DNA of 64,000 nucleotides from Lytechinus pictus (taxonomy: Eukaryota): positions 8,310,001 to 8,374,000 of the forward strand of contig NC_087245.1 in assembly GCF_037042905.1 (NCBI RefSeq). Reading direction: 5' to 3'. Positions 1-13,871 of the stretch are shown one piece after another. The notes under the pieces are model-generated. The model saw only the letters and a program-made list of their open reading frames with translations, made no database searches and was not told the DNA's origin. The position numbers were made by a program, and so were the translations under genes. Position 1 is the first letter of the stretch; every line of letters begins with the position of its first letter.

Positions 1-3000
1 TTGTTATTTCTAGGACGCAATAAAAAAATAAAAAATTAAAAAAAACATTTTGCTCACCATATCAGTTGCACAAAATTAAACCTACTCAAAAAATTTAATT
101 TATATTTAGAAGAACAGTGTTATAGTTATGCTAACTCTACACAAAAAATATAATTTTACTATTGTATATTCTGGCTTTGCACAAATTTCCACTTTTATGA
201 TATCAGTACTGCAGCACCCTAGCATATGACATATGAAAAAAATTGAGAATACAGGCCAAATGTGGTAGGTAGAATTGATGATGCTGAAACATTGTTCTGT
301 GATCTTGATACACAGAATAATTAAATGTTATGTTTATGTCATGTGAACAATTAATGTGGTGCATGATACTATGTGTTCAATGAGTTTGGTTAACATTGCA
401 AATGACTTCTCATCACTCTCAATTCACCTTGAAGCCCCGTAACAGTGAAGTAATGCCAAATAGTACACGCTTCTTTGTGAATGTCTTCCTACTACAAACT
501 TCGCAATGAGATTTTGATACATTTGATATCAATTTGAGCTCTTCTTGCCTCTAGTATGCAAAGGTCTTGTACTTAGTATTTCACATTGTCCAGCTCGAGG
601 TCTTCTGAAATTTTAAGTGGAGTTATAATAAAGATGAAGTACCAAAGTTCGGGCCAGGGTGTAATGTGATGGAGACATAGTCTTCAGTAATTGAGCAATT
701 TATGTAGATAGATGTAATGAAGGGATCATGCAAAAAAAATTGCAAAATTTTGCATGCATCTTGCAAAATAAAAAAGTTTGCTAGCTGGTCTAGTGTAATT
801 TATTTGTATAATTGAATTAATTCCTTTATAACCAATTTATATTTATAATAATTTTTTCTTTGTTGGTTCATATTATATTTTGTTATCAATCATGTCTTTC
901 TTGTATTTTAGTGACGGGGTAAGGGATTTCGATTTGTCTTTTAACCATACAGTGTACCAGTTTAGTGGGTTGGCTAACAGGATTGTTTTTATTGAAATAA
1001 GGTTGTATAAATTCACTTTTAAAGGTCAGCAATAATGCAGTTATTATCACCTTGAATTCATCTTTATTCAAGCAGTATTATAATTCCATCTTGCTTTGTT
1101 TGTTTAGGTATATGATATGAAGTCATTTATTTATCATATTCAATCTTCTGCATATACGTTTTGGTTCCCATATTCGTATATTGCTGAGAGACGAGCATTT
1201 CTCAGATTTTCAAAAAGTTCTTATGACATTCTCATCGATTCTCAATTCATTTATGTATGCATTATCTGTATTCATTGGTATACATGTATTTTTTTTTTAG
1301 AAATTGTATTAGTGCCTTTTTTATCAGGATCTCAGCTACTTTGTAAAAAATACACCTTGAAAAGCATTTTTATTCATCTCGGCCTTTGGTTTTAAAAAGT
1401 TTTCAAATGTCACCTTGATATTTATTGTGGGATTCATGGCTGATATTCTTAGAATCATTATATTACGTAAAGCTTGCCGCACACGGCAATATTGTGCATT
1501 AAATATGAAGGTTCCAAGAAGTAGTTATTTTATTTGAAATTTGACATAATGCTAGGAATACTAAAATCATAATTTTGTTTTGCTGCATGCCTTTTTGGTC
1601 AGAGTCCAAATCATCTTCAAGTTACAGTTGTGTTTGTGATTTGAAATTTAATTTTTTTCCTTCAGGGAGGTTAAAAATAGACTGGAATTTCAATCTAGTA
1701 CCCTTACTTTTATTCAGAACTTTGATCATTAAGTTTTTATCAGTTTAAATGTTCACATCATATGCTGATACAATTTCTTTGAAAATTGGATTGCAAATGA
1801 TCTTTTAGTGTGCGCTGGGCTTGAAGCGCTATCATATACATTTTAGTTACATATATGTATCCACGTATCCTTCATTGAAATTACAGGACGTCTTGTATTA
1901 GTGTTACTGCATTATTTTTCTGGGAATTTGAAAAACCAATTATTTGTCAATGTTCAATGACCCAATCTGATTTATCTGTATGTATTCACACAATAAATAT
2001 GTTACCGAGTTATTTACATGAAGTCATTGTTGATTTTAGTTATTGAATAGGAAATATAAATTTGCTCTGTATGTTTCAAAACACCAGTGACATATTGAAG
2101 GAATATATTTTAAATAGATTTTTAGTCAAGGACACCTTGAATATTTCAATTCATTATTTTTATTTTTAGATACGAACACCTTGATATATTAGTACTGCAA
2201 ACTCTTTGTCTTTCAGCTTTTTTTTATTTTTACAATAATCAATTTTGCAAAATATTTTTAGGCAATCACATGTTGAATTGTATTATGTACATGTAGCTGT
2301 GTGAAGATATGTATTTCTATATGGTACTCTACATCAGAATCTATCTTTATGTGTGAGTTATGTATATCTCAAAGTGACATTAGTGTTGTCCATTGATGTG
2401 GCTCATGTATTTTTCTATCACAGTAAAATGATCTTTCTAAAAATTTTTTTTTTAAAGTTTGTTTCTTGTGGTGTGGACAAAATGAATGAAAGTGAATGTA
2501 ATCGATCAGTTCAGGGAATAAAATGGGAAGCAGAAATGGGGAGGAAAAGAGATAAAGAGATGGGTATGGGGGGGGGGTGAAGAAAATAAAATAAGAGAAG
2601 CAGAGACAGTCACACAAGATAGTGTTATTCAAATTGTTTCAATGTGATATGAAATATACTTAACATTCATGATGTTGCCTGTACCAATCAATGGACAATT
2701 ATATTTGATAAGAAACATTGCAACACTTTGGTAATTTCAATGTAGCTTCTTTATTGAAATTATCATTGGCTAACAAAGTTCTGCTTTGCAAGCTATAGAA
2801 TAGAATATACACAAAAAACCTCAGCCCCATTCCTTATAATTGCTTCTTAAATCACAATTGCTCAAGTTACAGCATCAATTAAATATTGAAATGGCAGCTT
2901 GTTGATAGCTTTCTTTAACTTTTTTTATAGTCTTGTTTGATCAGGGGGCCTGTTTCATAAAGAATTACTGTTGTAACTTTGCCTTGCCATTATGGCAACT

Positions 3001-3617
3001 ACCATGGTAACCTTGATTTTGATTGGCTGCTGAGCCCTGTTACCAAGGTAGTAGTTGCCATTTCTTGTGATCTCAGACATGGTAATTATTGTTTTTTTTC
3101 AATTTAAAAAGATAAAGACTCTATACAGGTATACAATTTGTGATAATTGGTATGAATTAGATACATCATTCATAGGCCACGGGCCAAAATACATCAGAAG
3201 AAAAAACTCAAATATGTGTCTCAGTTGACTTTATCAAGTTCTGTTCAAACTCAAGATTTCCACAGCAGGGCACAGGAGAGCTTGAATATATTGAATCATG
3301 ATGATCTATAGGTTACCATGATGAGTGTTGTGTGTTTAAAAAGTAGACAGTAACCGTTGCAACAGCCTATGTTTCACCTCTAACATTTTTAGTAATGATT
3401 TTTAGTTATAATAATGAATGAAATATTACATCCTGAATAGACTGGGCACGAGTCCTGTCCCATGGATTACATGTCTCAGTATTATTGATGCCTCCATCTC
3501 CCTTTATCCACACACAATGAATTTAAAAAGAGCAAAGTTATGCCATGCATCAGTATTAAATCCGAGTCACACTCCAACAAAGTTCAGAGTTCAAAGTTCA
3601 GGTTAGAGGTCATGCAC

Positions 3618-3779
3618 TCAGCTTCTGGTAGTGTACATGTCTTTATCTTCTGGTTTTGACTGTCCATGGTCTTCTAGGCTAGCATTTGATGTACTTTCAT
3701 CTGTCTTCAAAGATTCTTCTTCATTAGAGCTCTCCGTTTCATCTTCCTTCTTCACTTCATTAGCTGCAACTTTTTCAAC
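3618..3779 (-). CDS. APOOL: MIC27/APOOL terminal coding exon
   Basis: VEKVAANE...DHGQSKPEDKDMYTTRS-TGA; a minus-strand AATAAA near 2750-2755 is a candidate polyA signal. Confidence 0.88.
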   Translation of the reverse strand, partial: VEKVAANEVKKEDETESSNEEESLKTDESTSNASLEDHGQSKPEDKDMYTTRS

Positions 3780-6700
3780 CTACATAAAAGAAACAAACAA
3801 ATACACAATTTACAAATGATAAGTTTACGCATAATTTACATAGAAGCCTGAACTTAAGACTGTGTCACAAGTTTAATTTTACTACTCCGGCATTTAAATG
3901 GGTCTGTAAAAATATCTGTTTGACTTCTCATTTCACCATTATGTATTATCTCTCATATCAAGTATCACATACATTATTTACGCTTGGTTGAATTTTAAGC
4001 AAACTGTTCAAAGGAAACAGTTTTTCAAAACATTCAGATCGAGAAGGAAAGGTTGTGGTTACACGCGAATATAAAAGATCGTAATGGAAATAAATTGTTT
4101 TAAAAAAAATTGTTAGATATTGGAATTTTTAACGTAAAAGACATTATTCCCAATTCCAAAGTTAAATCACTAAAGGAAATAGAATTTTTATTTGAAAAAA
4201 GTATGCAAGTGTTTTTCAGGAGTATAATATCGGAATGAATGCCATACCGAATGTTTGGAAAAAGAACCGGTATGAGTTATATTTTTAGATTCTTCAACCT
4301 ACAAATGAAGACATTTTACAGAATATTTTGATGAATGTGAATAGGAAAAGGATCTTCAACTGTATCTGCTCTTATCGATCTTATCAATAATAGGTCTTTT
4401 CAAACAGATGCTAAAAATAATGCTATAAGAGTTTTGTTAATAGATTACAAGAAAGCATTTGACAGGATCAATCACAATTTGCTTCTTGAAAAAAAGAAAT
4501 TAGAATTTCATCCCACTATTGAAAATTGGATATGAGCATTTCTCTGTACAAGACAACAGAGAGTGAAAATAAACCAAGTTATGTCTGACTGGAAAGATGT
4601 ACATGGGGGCGTGCCCCAAGGGAAAAAAACTGGTCCATTGCTCTTTGTTGTCATGATATCTGACCTATGCTCTAACCTTCCTGTTTTTCAGTATGTTGAT
4701 GATACAACTATGTACGAAGTCTGCCCAAAAGGAAACAACGGTACTATTCAGAGCGCTCTCAATACTCTGGTTGATTGGTCTCATTCAAATGATTCGCAAA
4801 TCAATCCAATTAAAACTAAGGAGATGGTTATCTGTTTTAGGAAAGATCCTTTCGAATTACCTAACCTTACAATTGCAGGTAACATCGTAGAGAGAGTTGA
4901 TGAAGCCAAACTTTTGGGTGTATTTATTAATAACAAGTTGAACTGGGAAAGTCATGTAAAAGAAATGTACTCTAAAGCAGCAAAACGTTTGTACCTTCTC
5001 GTCCAATTACGAAGAGCAGGCCTAAGTCAGTTTGATATGTGTAAATATTATGTAGCCTGCATTAGATCTGTCCTTGATTATGCATGTCAGGTGTATCACG
5101 GAGGATTAACTAAAGAACAGTCTGATAGGTTAGAGTCAATACAGAAGAGAGCACTGAGAATCATAACTCCAGGAATGTCTTACGATGAGGCAATTTCATT
5201 TCTCAATCTTGAGTATCTATCCGATCGTCGAAGAAAGCTCTGTCTTAATTTGTTCAAACATATACAAAACCCCAACCACAAACTTAACTGTCTCTTACCA
5301 GCAAAACGTGAAACCAGATACACACTAAGAAAAACCAATGATCTTGACTTACCAAAGTGTAAAACCAATAGGTATAAAAATAGTTTTATTCCCTGGTGCT
5401 TATATAATTTGCAATGAGGATTTATGTTTTGTTTCAGATTCTTGTTTTTGTCTGGACTGAGTTAATGGCATTATTATGGGCGTGCAATTTAGGACAGTAT
5501 TTCTTGATTTCATATATGTCTGTGTATATATGTTTCTCCTTTTAAATGTATAATAATTATATTTTATTACTTTAGATATTTTAAGATACTCTTTAATATG
5601 TTTATTCAATTTTAATATATAAATTATCAATCTTTGTAAGATATGAAATTTATAATTGTCAACCATTTTTATTTGTACATAATCCAACCTTGTATACGGT
5701 TGCAATAAAGATTGAATTGAAATTGAATTGAATTGAAGAGTTTCAAAGTCATTTGACACCCTTATTTCAAAAGCCTAAAGCTGAAGAAAGATGGGGAGAA
5801 ATTTTACAAGAAGAGATTAATTGGAAATTTGTTTGGTTATATAATTTACAAGCTGTCACAGAAAACAGAATAACAGAGTTTAATTATAAGTTATTACATA
5901 ATTATTTTACCTCATAGATATAATTTGTATAAATGGAAGTTAAGATATAATCCTTTATGTTCAGAGGACAATGAAATACAAGACAGTATTCGTTTATTTG
6001 TAACGGACCGTAAGAAAACACAATTATTTTGGAAAAAATTTAGTAGCATTGTGTATGAAGTTGTAGATGTTAATTTTGATTTTAATATTGCTACTTTGAT
6101 AAAAGGATATGAGTTAATAAACAAAAAGTATAGAATTTTGAATCTTCTTACTTTGTATGCAAGGTATTATTTTTATTTTATTTTATTTTTTCTTTGAACA
6201 GAAAGTCAGAGTTGAAGATTTCATGAGTATGGTATACTTTGTTTATTCAAAAGGTTGATTTGCAATCGTATGGCAATAGAGAAGCGTTGTAAAAGTAAAT
6301 ATTTGTGTATTTTTGAAAACAGTATTGTTAAAGAAAATATTCCATGCTTTGTATGATATTGTTTACATTTTATGTAATGATTACATGTGATTATTTATCA
6401 ATAAAATTATTTTTAAAAGAAAAAAAAGTATCACATACAGGTGCTTTTGTCTTTGACATCTGAAGTAGAAACATCAACAAACATTATAATTTTATTATCA
6501 TAACGCATGAATATGGCTATATTTATCATCCACATCAAATAAAGACACACTTTAATATTTAGGCTACAGAAAATAATTTTGGGCACTATAGTATAAAGGG
6601 CTAATGGGGGTATCTCACTGTGTCATCTCCTGAAAATTACAATCTCCGAGTAGTTACAAGAACATGTTGGATTTTTACAAATCTGCTTGGAGGTGCTTCC

Positions 6701-9700
6701 AATCTCCAAAACGTCTCCCTAACTGATGGAGATGTCACAGAGATTCATTTGTTTCTAAAAGATGATGTTGCAACTACATGTATGGGAGACATGTCAGAGA
6801 TGTCCCTGCCACTCCAGGGCAAATTAACTGATACCTCACTTGGATGGGTCTGTGATTAGAGTACCGTACTAGAAGTTTCATATTGATAACGGTGCAAACC
6901 ATCAATAGGATAGAAAAATGAAGACGTCAACATTGATGAGATATGGCTTTAATATTTCCTGATTTCTCTTATGAATCCTTCTTATGACAAGCTCTGGACT
7001 AATTTCAAAGCTTAATGTGCATCAAATAATTCAATTTCCAAACTTACAGCAGGACTTGATGTGTCTCCTTTATAGAGGTCTGCAGCTTTGGTTTTAACCC
7101 ATTCAATCTCAGCCTTGCCTATCTTAACTGCTTGGTATGGGTAACACAGTGAAGCAGTAGCTGTCATCAAACCACCAGAATATACAACCTTCCTGATGAA
7201 TCCACCTGCATAGGAGAATGGGAGGTTGTATTAAAAGTTGTTGATTATCTGATTAGCATTTTGTATAGAGTAAACTGGTACTGCAACTAAGAAAAGTAGA
7301 AAGTCAGCACTATGATATCCTTTTCATCACAATATTGCTTTACACTAACAGGAGTCTGGGTATATTATAGTAATGTAAAGACATTGGACAACAAATGTTT
7401 TGTTATATTAATTTCTTTTCAAGATGCCTTTATCATCCAAAGTTTCTATCAATTATCATATCAGGTACAAGTCTGGGAAATTAACACATATTTCAGGTGT
7501 ATGATAATTATTTTAGTGACTATTCAGTTCTTTTCTATTGTTTATAGTGCTCCAAATACATAAAACAGGCATTTTTGTTGAAATCTTAAAAAAAAAACTG
7601 ATTTGATGTAATTTTGGAAAATCTAAGGTAGTGAAAATCAATGTCATAATGATATAGATTAATTGGAAGAAGTTTTACCAAACCAATTTATTTCTTATCA
7701 ACTAGGTACCCAGCCTCAACACCTACTGTTTTACATACAAGTTATATGCAGCACCACCTCAACATCTAATTTCAAATTAGACAAATTTTAAGGAAACTTG
7801 CAAGCCTCCACCAATGCCAGATCTGAACTTCAGAAACTTTTATTTCTTTTCATAAGTCCTACTCAGATTCATCATTATAAAAAAATATAACAGAGCAAGT
7901 TTAAGTTTATTGGTCTAAAAAGTTACATGAATGAGCAACCTTCAAGATTAACTTCATCCTTGAATTTTGATATCATAATCCCTAGATGATTGATTTAATG
8001 TTACTACTACAAGATTTATTGATCATTTATACCTTTCCTTGCCAAGACAAGACCGGCAAGGCCAGCAATGGAGATGACCCCCGCCCTAGGGTAGAATCCT
8101 TCCTCTGTTTTGATGAATTGTATCACACCTTCAAAATATAATTGAAATACCAAAATAAAAACCAGTAAACAGCATCAGACTTGAGTTAAAATAATTATAT
8201 TCCTGCATGTGACAATTATTTCTTAATAAGCATTGCTTCTCCTGGGTCTCCTAGCCATCTATTTGTTTTGTTTTTCCATTACTTTGTTAATCTTTTATAT
8301 TATACTGTTTATCCTTTTGATGGTTGAATAAATAAATTGAATTGAATTGAATCTGGGAAGATCTACAATTGTTCAATAATTAATAACCAACATAAACGGA
8401 TATTCCAATATCAATGATTATGTTGACCAAGGATAACTTAGACCACAGATTTATGGTGTGTTTGTTGCTAACTACTCCACTACCCCCCCCCCAATGTTGA
8501 TAACCTTTACAAATGTATTAATGTCTACAAAATGTTGTAATAACTGGACCTTCCACAGCCAAGATTTGAAGGGTGGGGTCAAATTGACCCCCACTGCAGA
8601 AATTGAGATGGAAAAACCCTGGTTATTTTGTGAATATCGCCATTAGCTTAATCACATAGAACATGGCTAAGAGGGGGGGGGGGGTACTTTGCTGTTGTAC
8701 AAATTAGAATTTGAAATAACATACATTATATGACTGAACTTTCTATGAAAAAATAGAATTAGAACAATATACTTTAAAATGGCATCAAGGAACAATATTT
8801 TCGTAAGAGCCCTGTGAAATAAACAAAGGAATACAATAAATTGAAAGAGTAAAAATTGAAATGCAATATTTTTTGTTTGCTATGTTAACTTGGCTAAGAA
8901 TAATAAGTTATTAATGCATGAGACACCTGCATAAAACCATAACATCCAAAAACAAAATTGATTTGTAATAGTTTAAGTTTTGAATGATATTTTCTCTACT
9001 CCCATATTACAGAAATATAACATCACTCTTGGCCCCAAAATTCATTAGTCTTGATATTTGAAAATATTGAACATCTATAAATATAGCCTGGGTAAAGTTG
9101 GAAAAAGATAATTCTTACTTTTCGATGTCTCCTCTGCTGTTTTGTATGTTCTTTGAGTAAAACCGATGGCTCCCTATGTGAGGCAAAAAGAAAAAAAGAA
9201 ACAGAAGAAGTGAAAATCATTTTCTTGTACGACCTGACTAGTGATCGATGACACTTTAAATAATTTTATTTTTAATGCGAACTACAACGAGAAAACTTCT
9301 CCGAGCAAATATAAAGAGCAATAGGCTAAGACTATTTTCCATGAATTATGTATCTGTTTTCCCAAGTAATCTCTTCAATCCTCATGCGTGAGTAAATAAT
9401 TTGTTTTTTAACAATTCTAAAATTAAATATTGCTTAAAAATGTCCGTCCATGACATTGCTTTTGAGTACCACATTATAAAATATTCTCATTCATGTGTTT
9501 TTGCTCATATATTTGAAAATCTGAAAGTAGTAACTTAAGACGTTGATTGAAATCTTGAAAAACATCTGATTAAAGGAGAAGGAGCTCAGTGGAGAGCTAT
9601 TAATCACTGACAGATATGGAGGTTGATTTAACTTACGTGAAAAGTGTCTGAGAACCTCCATATCTGTTCCCTTACTGAGCCCACCATGTCCCTCAAAGCA

Positions 9701-9879
9701 CTAGGTCCTTCAGGTATCAGCTGGTATTCGGTCTGCTTGGGTTCACTGTATACTGGAAGATCTTTAGGCTTTACCAAGGTTGTTAGGGCCATGTCCTCAC
9801 CTGGACTTTCACCAGCTCTGACTTGAAGGAGGCCTAGCCCCAGTATGGGCATGGAACCATACCTCAATGCTACAAATAC
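3618..9879 (-). CDS. APOOL: MICOS complex subunit MIC27 / apolipoprotein O-like; coding exons 9879-9637, 9173-9119, 8128-8033, 7205-7048, 3779-3618; first exon not fixed (candidate ends at 14452)
   Basis: Spliced translation ...MPILGLGLLQVRAG...LVKPKDLPVYSEP...[45 protein letters not shown]...DHGQSKPEDKDMYTTRS* matches ApoO/MIC26-27 family motifs; the C-terminus resembles vertebrate MIC27 (DHGQSxPEDxDMYSTRS). All junctions are GT-AG with matching phases. Confidence 0.9.
3974..6425 (+). mobile_element. 5'-truncated, decayed L1/Tx1-like LINE with polyA tail and 14-bp TSD, interrupted by a second LINE
   Basis: TSD AAGTATCACATACA at 3960-3973 and 6426-6439; broken frames NAIPNVWK and TEFNYKLLHNILPHRYNLYKWK..PLC..QLFWKK (zf-RVT-like); AATAAA and an A-run near 6400-6427. 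Confidence 0.75.
4343..5737 (+). mobile_element. 5'-truncated L2/CR1-group LINE (RT C-terminal half; ORF 4563-5417)
   Basis: DYKKAFDRINH, GVPQG..GPLLF, QYVDD, KTKEM, KLLGV, LESIQKRALRII; stop and frameshift upstream of 4563; 3' UTR with AATAAA and an (AATTG)n tail. Confidence 0.88.
7048..7205 (-). CDS. APOOL: MIC27/APOOL exon (second hydrophobic segment)
   Basis: [29 protein letters not shown]...SSPA; CAG acceptor, GTAAGT donor. Confidence 0.88.
8033..8128 (-). CDS. APOOL: MIC27/APOOL exon (first hydrophobic segment)
   Basis: [31 protein letters not shown]. Confidence 0.88.
9119..9173 (-). CDS. APOOL: MIC27/APOOL exon
   Basis: TAG acceptor, GTAAGA donor; GAIGFTQRTYKTAEETSK; phases 0 and 1 fit the neighbouring exons. 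Confidence 0.75.
9637..9879 (-). CDS. APOOL: MIC27/APOOL exon (N-terminal ApoO region)
   Basis: CAG acceptor, GTAAGT donor; VFVALRYGSMPILG...LVKPKDLPVYSEP...SDTFH. Confidence 0.88.
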
Positions 9880-11193
9880 CTGTGAAATTTTAAGCATGAA
9901 AATAAGATACTTGTGTCATGAAGATTACAATGAAAGTTACATGCCAGTATGCAACCAGCTTGTTTGTGTTGATTCTATACAACATAAAACAAATACTCCA
10001 AAATGTCTTTAAACATCATTACAACAAAAACAATATAGAATTTTAACTACATTCATTTATGATTTATTAAAAAATCCTGGTTTTGACTAATAGATCAACA
10101 TAAAACAGGTCCATCCTTGATGGGTTTTTAATTAGCAATGAGTGATCAAGGGACTGTTTTATCAATATTCTTTGTCCCACGATCTCATCAATGTTTGTAA
10201 AAGAAATAATTGATCACTTGAAAATGGAATTGTATTTACTGAACTTGTCTTTTTCTGTGGGAAAAATTAACAAGGTCACTGATCAATTATTGTTATCATT
10301 TGAGAAAATAAAAGATTTTAACTTGTTGAAATTTATTATTATTATTATTATTTTTTTTTTTTTTTGGGGGGGGGGCCTTTTTTCATCTTCCATTTAATTT
10401 TTTCTTTGGAATGATGTTGCAAAGTGGTCCAGACTAAAGAAGCATTGCAAGAAATTTTGCGTTCAATTGAAAATCAAGTGCAAGTAAAAAACAACAACAA
10501 AACAAAAACTATGCACTGAGTAGCACACCCTAAATTCGACATGTGCTAGTGCCGAGATTTCTTTCTCCCTTTTTGACTTTCGATTCAGAAACCAATAGAT
10601 GTGAGGGGCTGTACTAGAGTCAATAATCTTAATTAAAAACATGTCAATAATTAAGAGATTGATTCCATCACAGAGAGACTACAGTGTAGTATCTCTGTGA
10701 TTGAATAGTGTGCTTAATTAAGATCATCGAATCTAGTGTAAAATCTCAAAATACTTTTCATTTTGACTGAGTGGAATTTGTGCAGTGCCCTTGTATTGTA
10801 AAGTTTGGTCAGTTTCATTTTGAGTTCAGTTTAAAAGCATTGATACAAAGTTCTTTCAGAGAGCAAGAAAGTTTAGAAAAAAATGGGTGAGCAGCCATGG
10901 CATACTGTCTGGACGGGCCAGCCCGAGGCAAGGTTTTTTACAAGAAAATAATCGATCTAGCTAGGCCTATATCTAACGTAGGGCCTAACTTTTCTTAAAT
11001 CAGATTGTGAATGTTTTGTGAAATAAAAATAAATTCATGTTTAGTTAAGTTACATTTTTATATGGGCAGACATGCCCCCCCCCCTATTTCATACAGTCTC
11101 TGTTAATACCTCACTCAGTCCCACTCGTTAAAGAAACTGTTTTTGTAGTGTAACGTTAGAACTCTGCATATTTCATAAATTTTGTACAAACAG

Positions 11194-11460
11194 TAGAGGC
11201 GCACAGCCAATATGGGAGACTCTCCAATCAGGGAGACAATCTCCCATATTGGAGACTTGGGGCCCGTTTCTCAACACCTGGAAAAGTTAATCATATCTTT
11301 ATCCACCAACCACAGAGTTAGTTCCAATCTTACTAAACCTGTTTCACAAAGGGCTTCCTAACTAGAATCCCTTGATATCGATACTATCGATAGAAAGAGC
11401 AGACAAGACGTAGCCTTAGTCACAAAACAGCAGTCTCCCATTATTGGCCGTGCACCTCTA
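11194..11460. mobile_element. Small TIR element containing a 5' fragment (11260-~11430) of the 1 kb MITE
   Basis: Inverted ends TAGAGGCGCACAGCCAATATGGGAGACT / AGTCTCCCATTATTGGCCGTGCACCTCTA. Confidence 0.65.
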
Positions 11461-12148
11461 GAGTCTAGACATTGCTTAGACCAAAAGCTTCGGTCTCTGT
11501 TATATTGGTTGTTCCGCTTAACTCAGTTGAAGTTAGAACCGAAGTTCTAACTCGATCTGTACAGGGAGCTGGAGTCAGGGACTCAATGACCATATGTTTA
11601 TGTATAAAGTTCGGACAAACCAAGGAATAGGAGTTGCGAGACAGCCGACGTAAATCACTGTTTTTGTCCTTTTAAGTTTATTTTTTCCTGTTTTGGTGCA
11701 TTTCGGGCCAAAACAGAATAATATTAATAATCTTTATTTTGGTCCCGTTCTTATTATATATTTTTATGAAATAAAGAAAAAACTCAATGAGCCCTGTCGG
11801 GAGGATTTTGCATTTTTATCCTCCGACCCTAATTTAATGGCTGCTGCACGATCGCGAGCCGTCTGTGTACGACTACGAGGAGATATTTTAAAAAAAATAC
11901 AAATGTAAAAAAAAACTCCTTGAAACGGACGGCTGCCAGCTGTATTGTTGAATTCACACTTTACTCTGCAGCTCTGGGCCTTAGCACCCAAGCCAGGGTT
12001 CATTACATGCCACCGCGCACAGAAAAATCAAGCCATAGAAGTCGTGTGTTGTGGACACCAGAAGTGAGATCCCAGCATTCGCGACCCACTAGTTAGAAAT
12101 CCACTGCCAAACGCGGTTCATGGTGCGAGGTTAGTATACTAGTATTAG

Positions 12149-13871
12149 TAGGGTGTCTGGAGAAAAAAAATTATTTTTCTTATTTCAAGAAAATATCACA
12201 TTTTCTTTGTGAATTTGAAGAGAAGTGACCTTCAAACTGACAGAAATGTAACATTTTTGAAAAAATCAAATTATTGGCTGCAAAAAAGAAGAATGAAATT
12301 AGGTCAATTTTCAGCATTTCTCTGCCATAGACTGAGTACGGTAGTTAAGAAATGGACACACACAATTCCAAATTTTTAGCTTCCGAGAGCTGTAGTGTTA
12401 TAAATTTATCATGAATGCCAAAAACTTGTCCATAAAGAGTCCAATAGGATTTTTTATGCTCTTTCTGATGGTATGATTTTTATAAAGATTTGGAAACCAG
12501 ATCACAATGAAAAATTGTGACAAAGTGAAAAAAATTGTGCAAAACAGACATTTCATTTTCCCATAGAAAACGCATGGGGAAATGGCAATCTCAACACACA
12601 CACAAATAAGGGTTTGCAATTTATCTCTAAATCCTTATTTAAAATGATCATATAAACTTGTCCTTACTGTCAAAAGAAGCCCCTGAATTTTCTCTTTCCA
12701 TACATACATGCCAAACACAAGTTAATAATCAATTCAGATCACATTTTTCTAGCAGCCTGGGGCCCGTTTCTCAACACCTGGACAAGTTAGTCATATCTTT
12801 ATCCACCAACCATGGAGTTAGTTCCAATCTTACTAAACCCGTTTCACGAAAGGCTTCCTAACTAAAATACCTTGATATCGATACTATCGGTAAAATGAGC
12901 AGACGAGACGTAGCCTTAGTCACAAAATAGCCTAATTTTCAAAAAGAAAAATTATGACAAAATTGCAAATATTGTGATGAATTGGGAAATACATCTTTTC
13001 AAAATAACAGCACATGTAAATTATGGATCATACATACTTAGAACATGAAGATTGGAGCATTCAGTTGCTGAGAAAATTAAATTATTAATAATTCATTTCA
13101 TGACTAGAAAATCACATGTGGACGTTGAGATGGGTACCCCCGGGACATCTAATTTTAATAGTTTACGAAAGTAAACCATAACGTTTTTCGTTGTAAAATG
13201 ATGATAATTATACGCCCTTCTACGGTTCCATACATCATCAAACTATAGTTTAATATTTTTTTTTTAATATTTGATACCGAAACATGCAATTTGAGAAATT
13301 CTATGCATAAATTAGAGATAGAATTTATCCAAATGTTAATAGGGGTCTGAAAACGACAAATACGAGTCCAGTTATGGATGGCGCCTGACGTGGTAGAATC
13401 TTTATCGATTAAATCATTTCACTATTTCAAACTGAATGGTTTTGTGGCGTTTTACTAACAGTTTTCATAGTTTCTTTGTATTAGAATTATTTAATGCATT
13501 ATCCCACTTGTTTTGTGATGTAATTTCAACCTCTATGATTGATTACGTAAGATCATTATTTTCAAATATCTAGGCAATTTTGCATGTCATAGTCTACCCA
13601 CGTGATGCCACTACGTCATTAAGAAAGAAGTTATGACAGCTTCGGAGGTGTCATAAATATTTAGTGAGGTTGTTGTACCCGATCTTGGTAAAGAGGGCTT
13701 CGTGAAACGGTTAGCGGACAAGTAGCTCACTAACTCCGATTTAGTCAAGAAGTTAGACTTATGACGGTGTTGAGAAACGGGCCCCTGAACTTCCCGAAAA
13801 AATGTGCAATTTTTTCCCCTAAATCAGCCTGTTTTATGCTGACACTTTTTAGTGTGGCTTCAGACACCCTA
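12149..13871. mobile_element. hAT-like non-autonomous element hosting MITE copy A
   Basis: Inverted ends TAGGGTGTCTG / CAGACACCCTA; no clean TSD. Confidence 0.55.
12760..13784. mobile_element. ~1 kb PIF/Harbinger-like MITE, copy A
   Basis: TIR GGGCCCGTTTCTCAACACC / GGTGTTGAGAAACGGGCCC; CTG on both flanks; no coding capacity. Confidence 0.85.

Noticed and set aside
1..2700. Possible 3' UTR of an upstream plus-strand gene and several short ORFs
   Set aside because: AT-rich with AATAAA near 1992 but no coding exon in view; the short ORFs have no recognisable motifs
4563..5417. 284-aa reverse transcriptase ORF as a domesticated gene or retron/DGR-like system
   Set aside because: Upstream RT motifs are broken by a stop and a frameshift, and a LINE-type 3' tail follows; it is an ordinary truncated LINE
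10668..10701. Short hairpin TCACAGAGA...TCTCTGTGA as an ncRNA
   Set aside because: Too short and isolated; more likely a tiny MITE remnant
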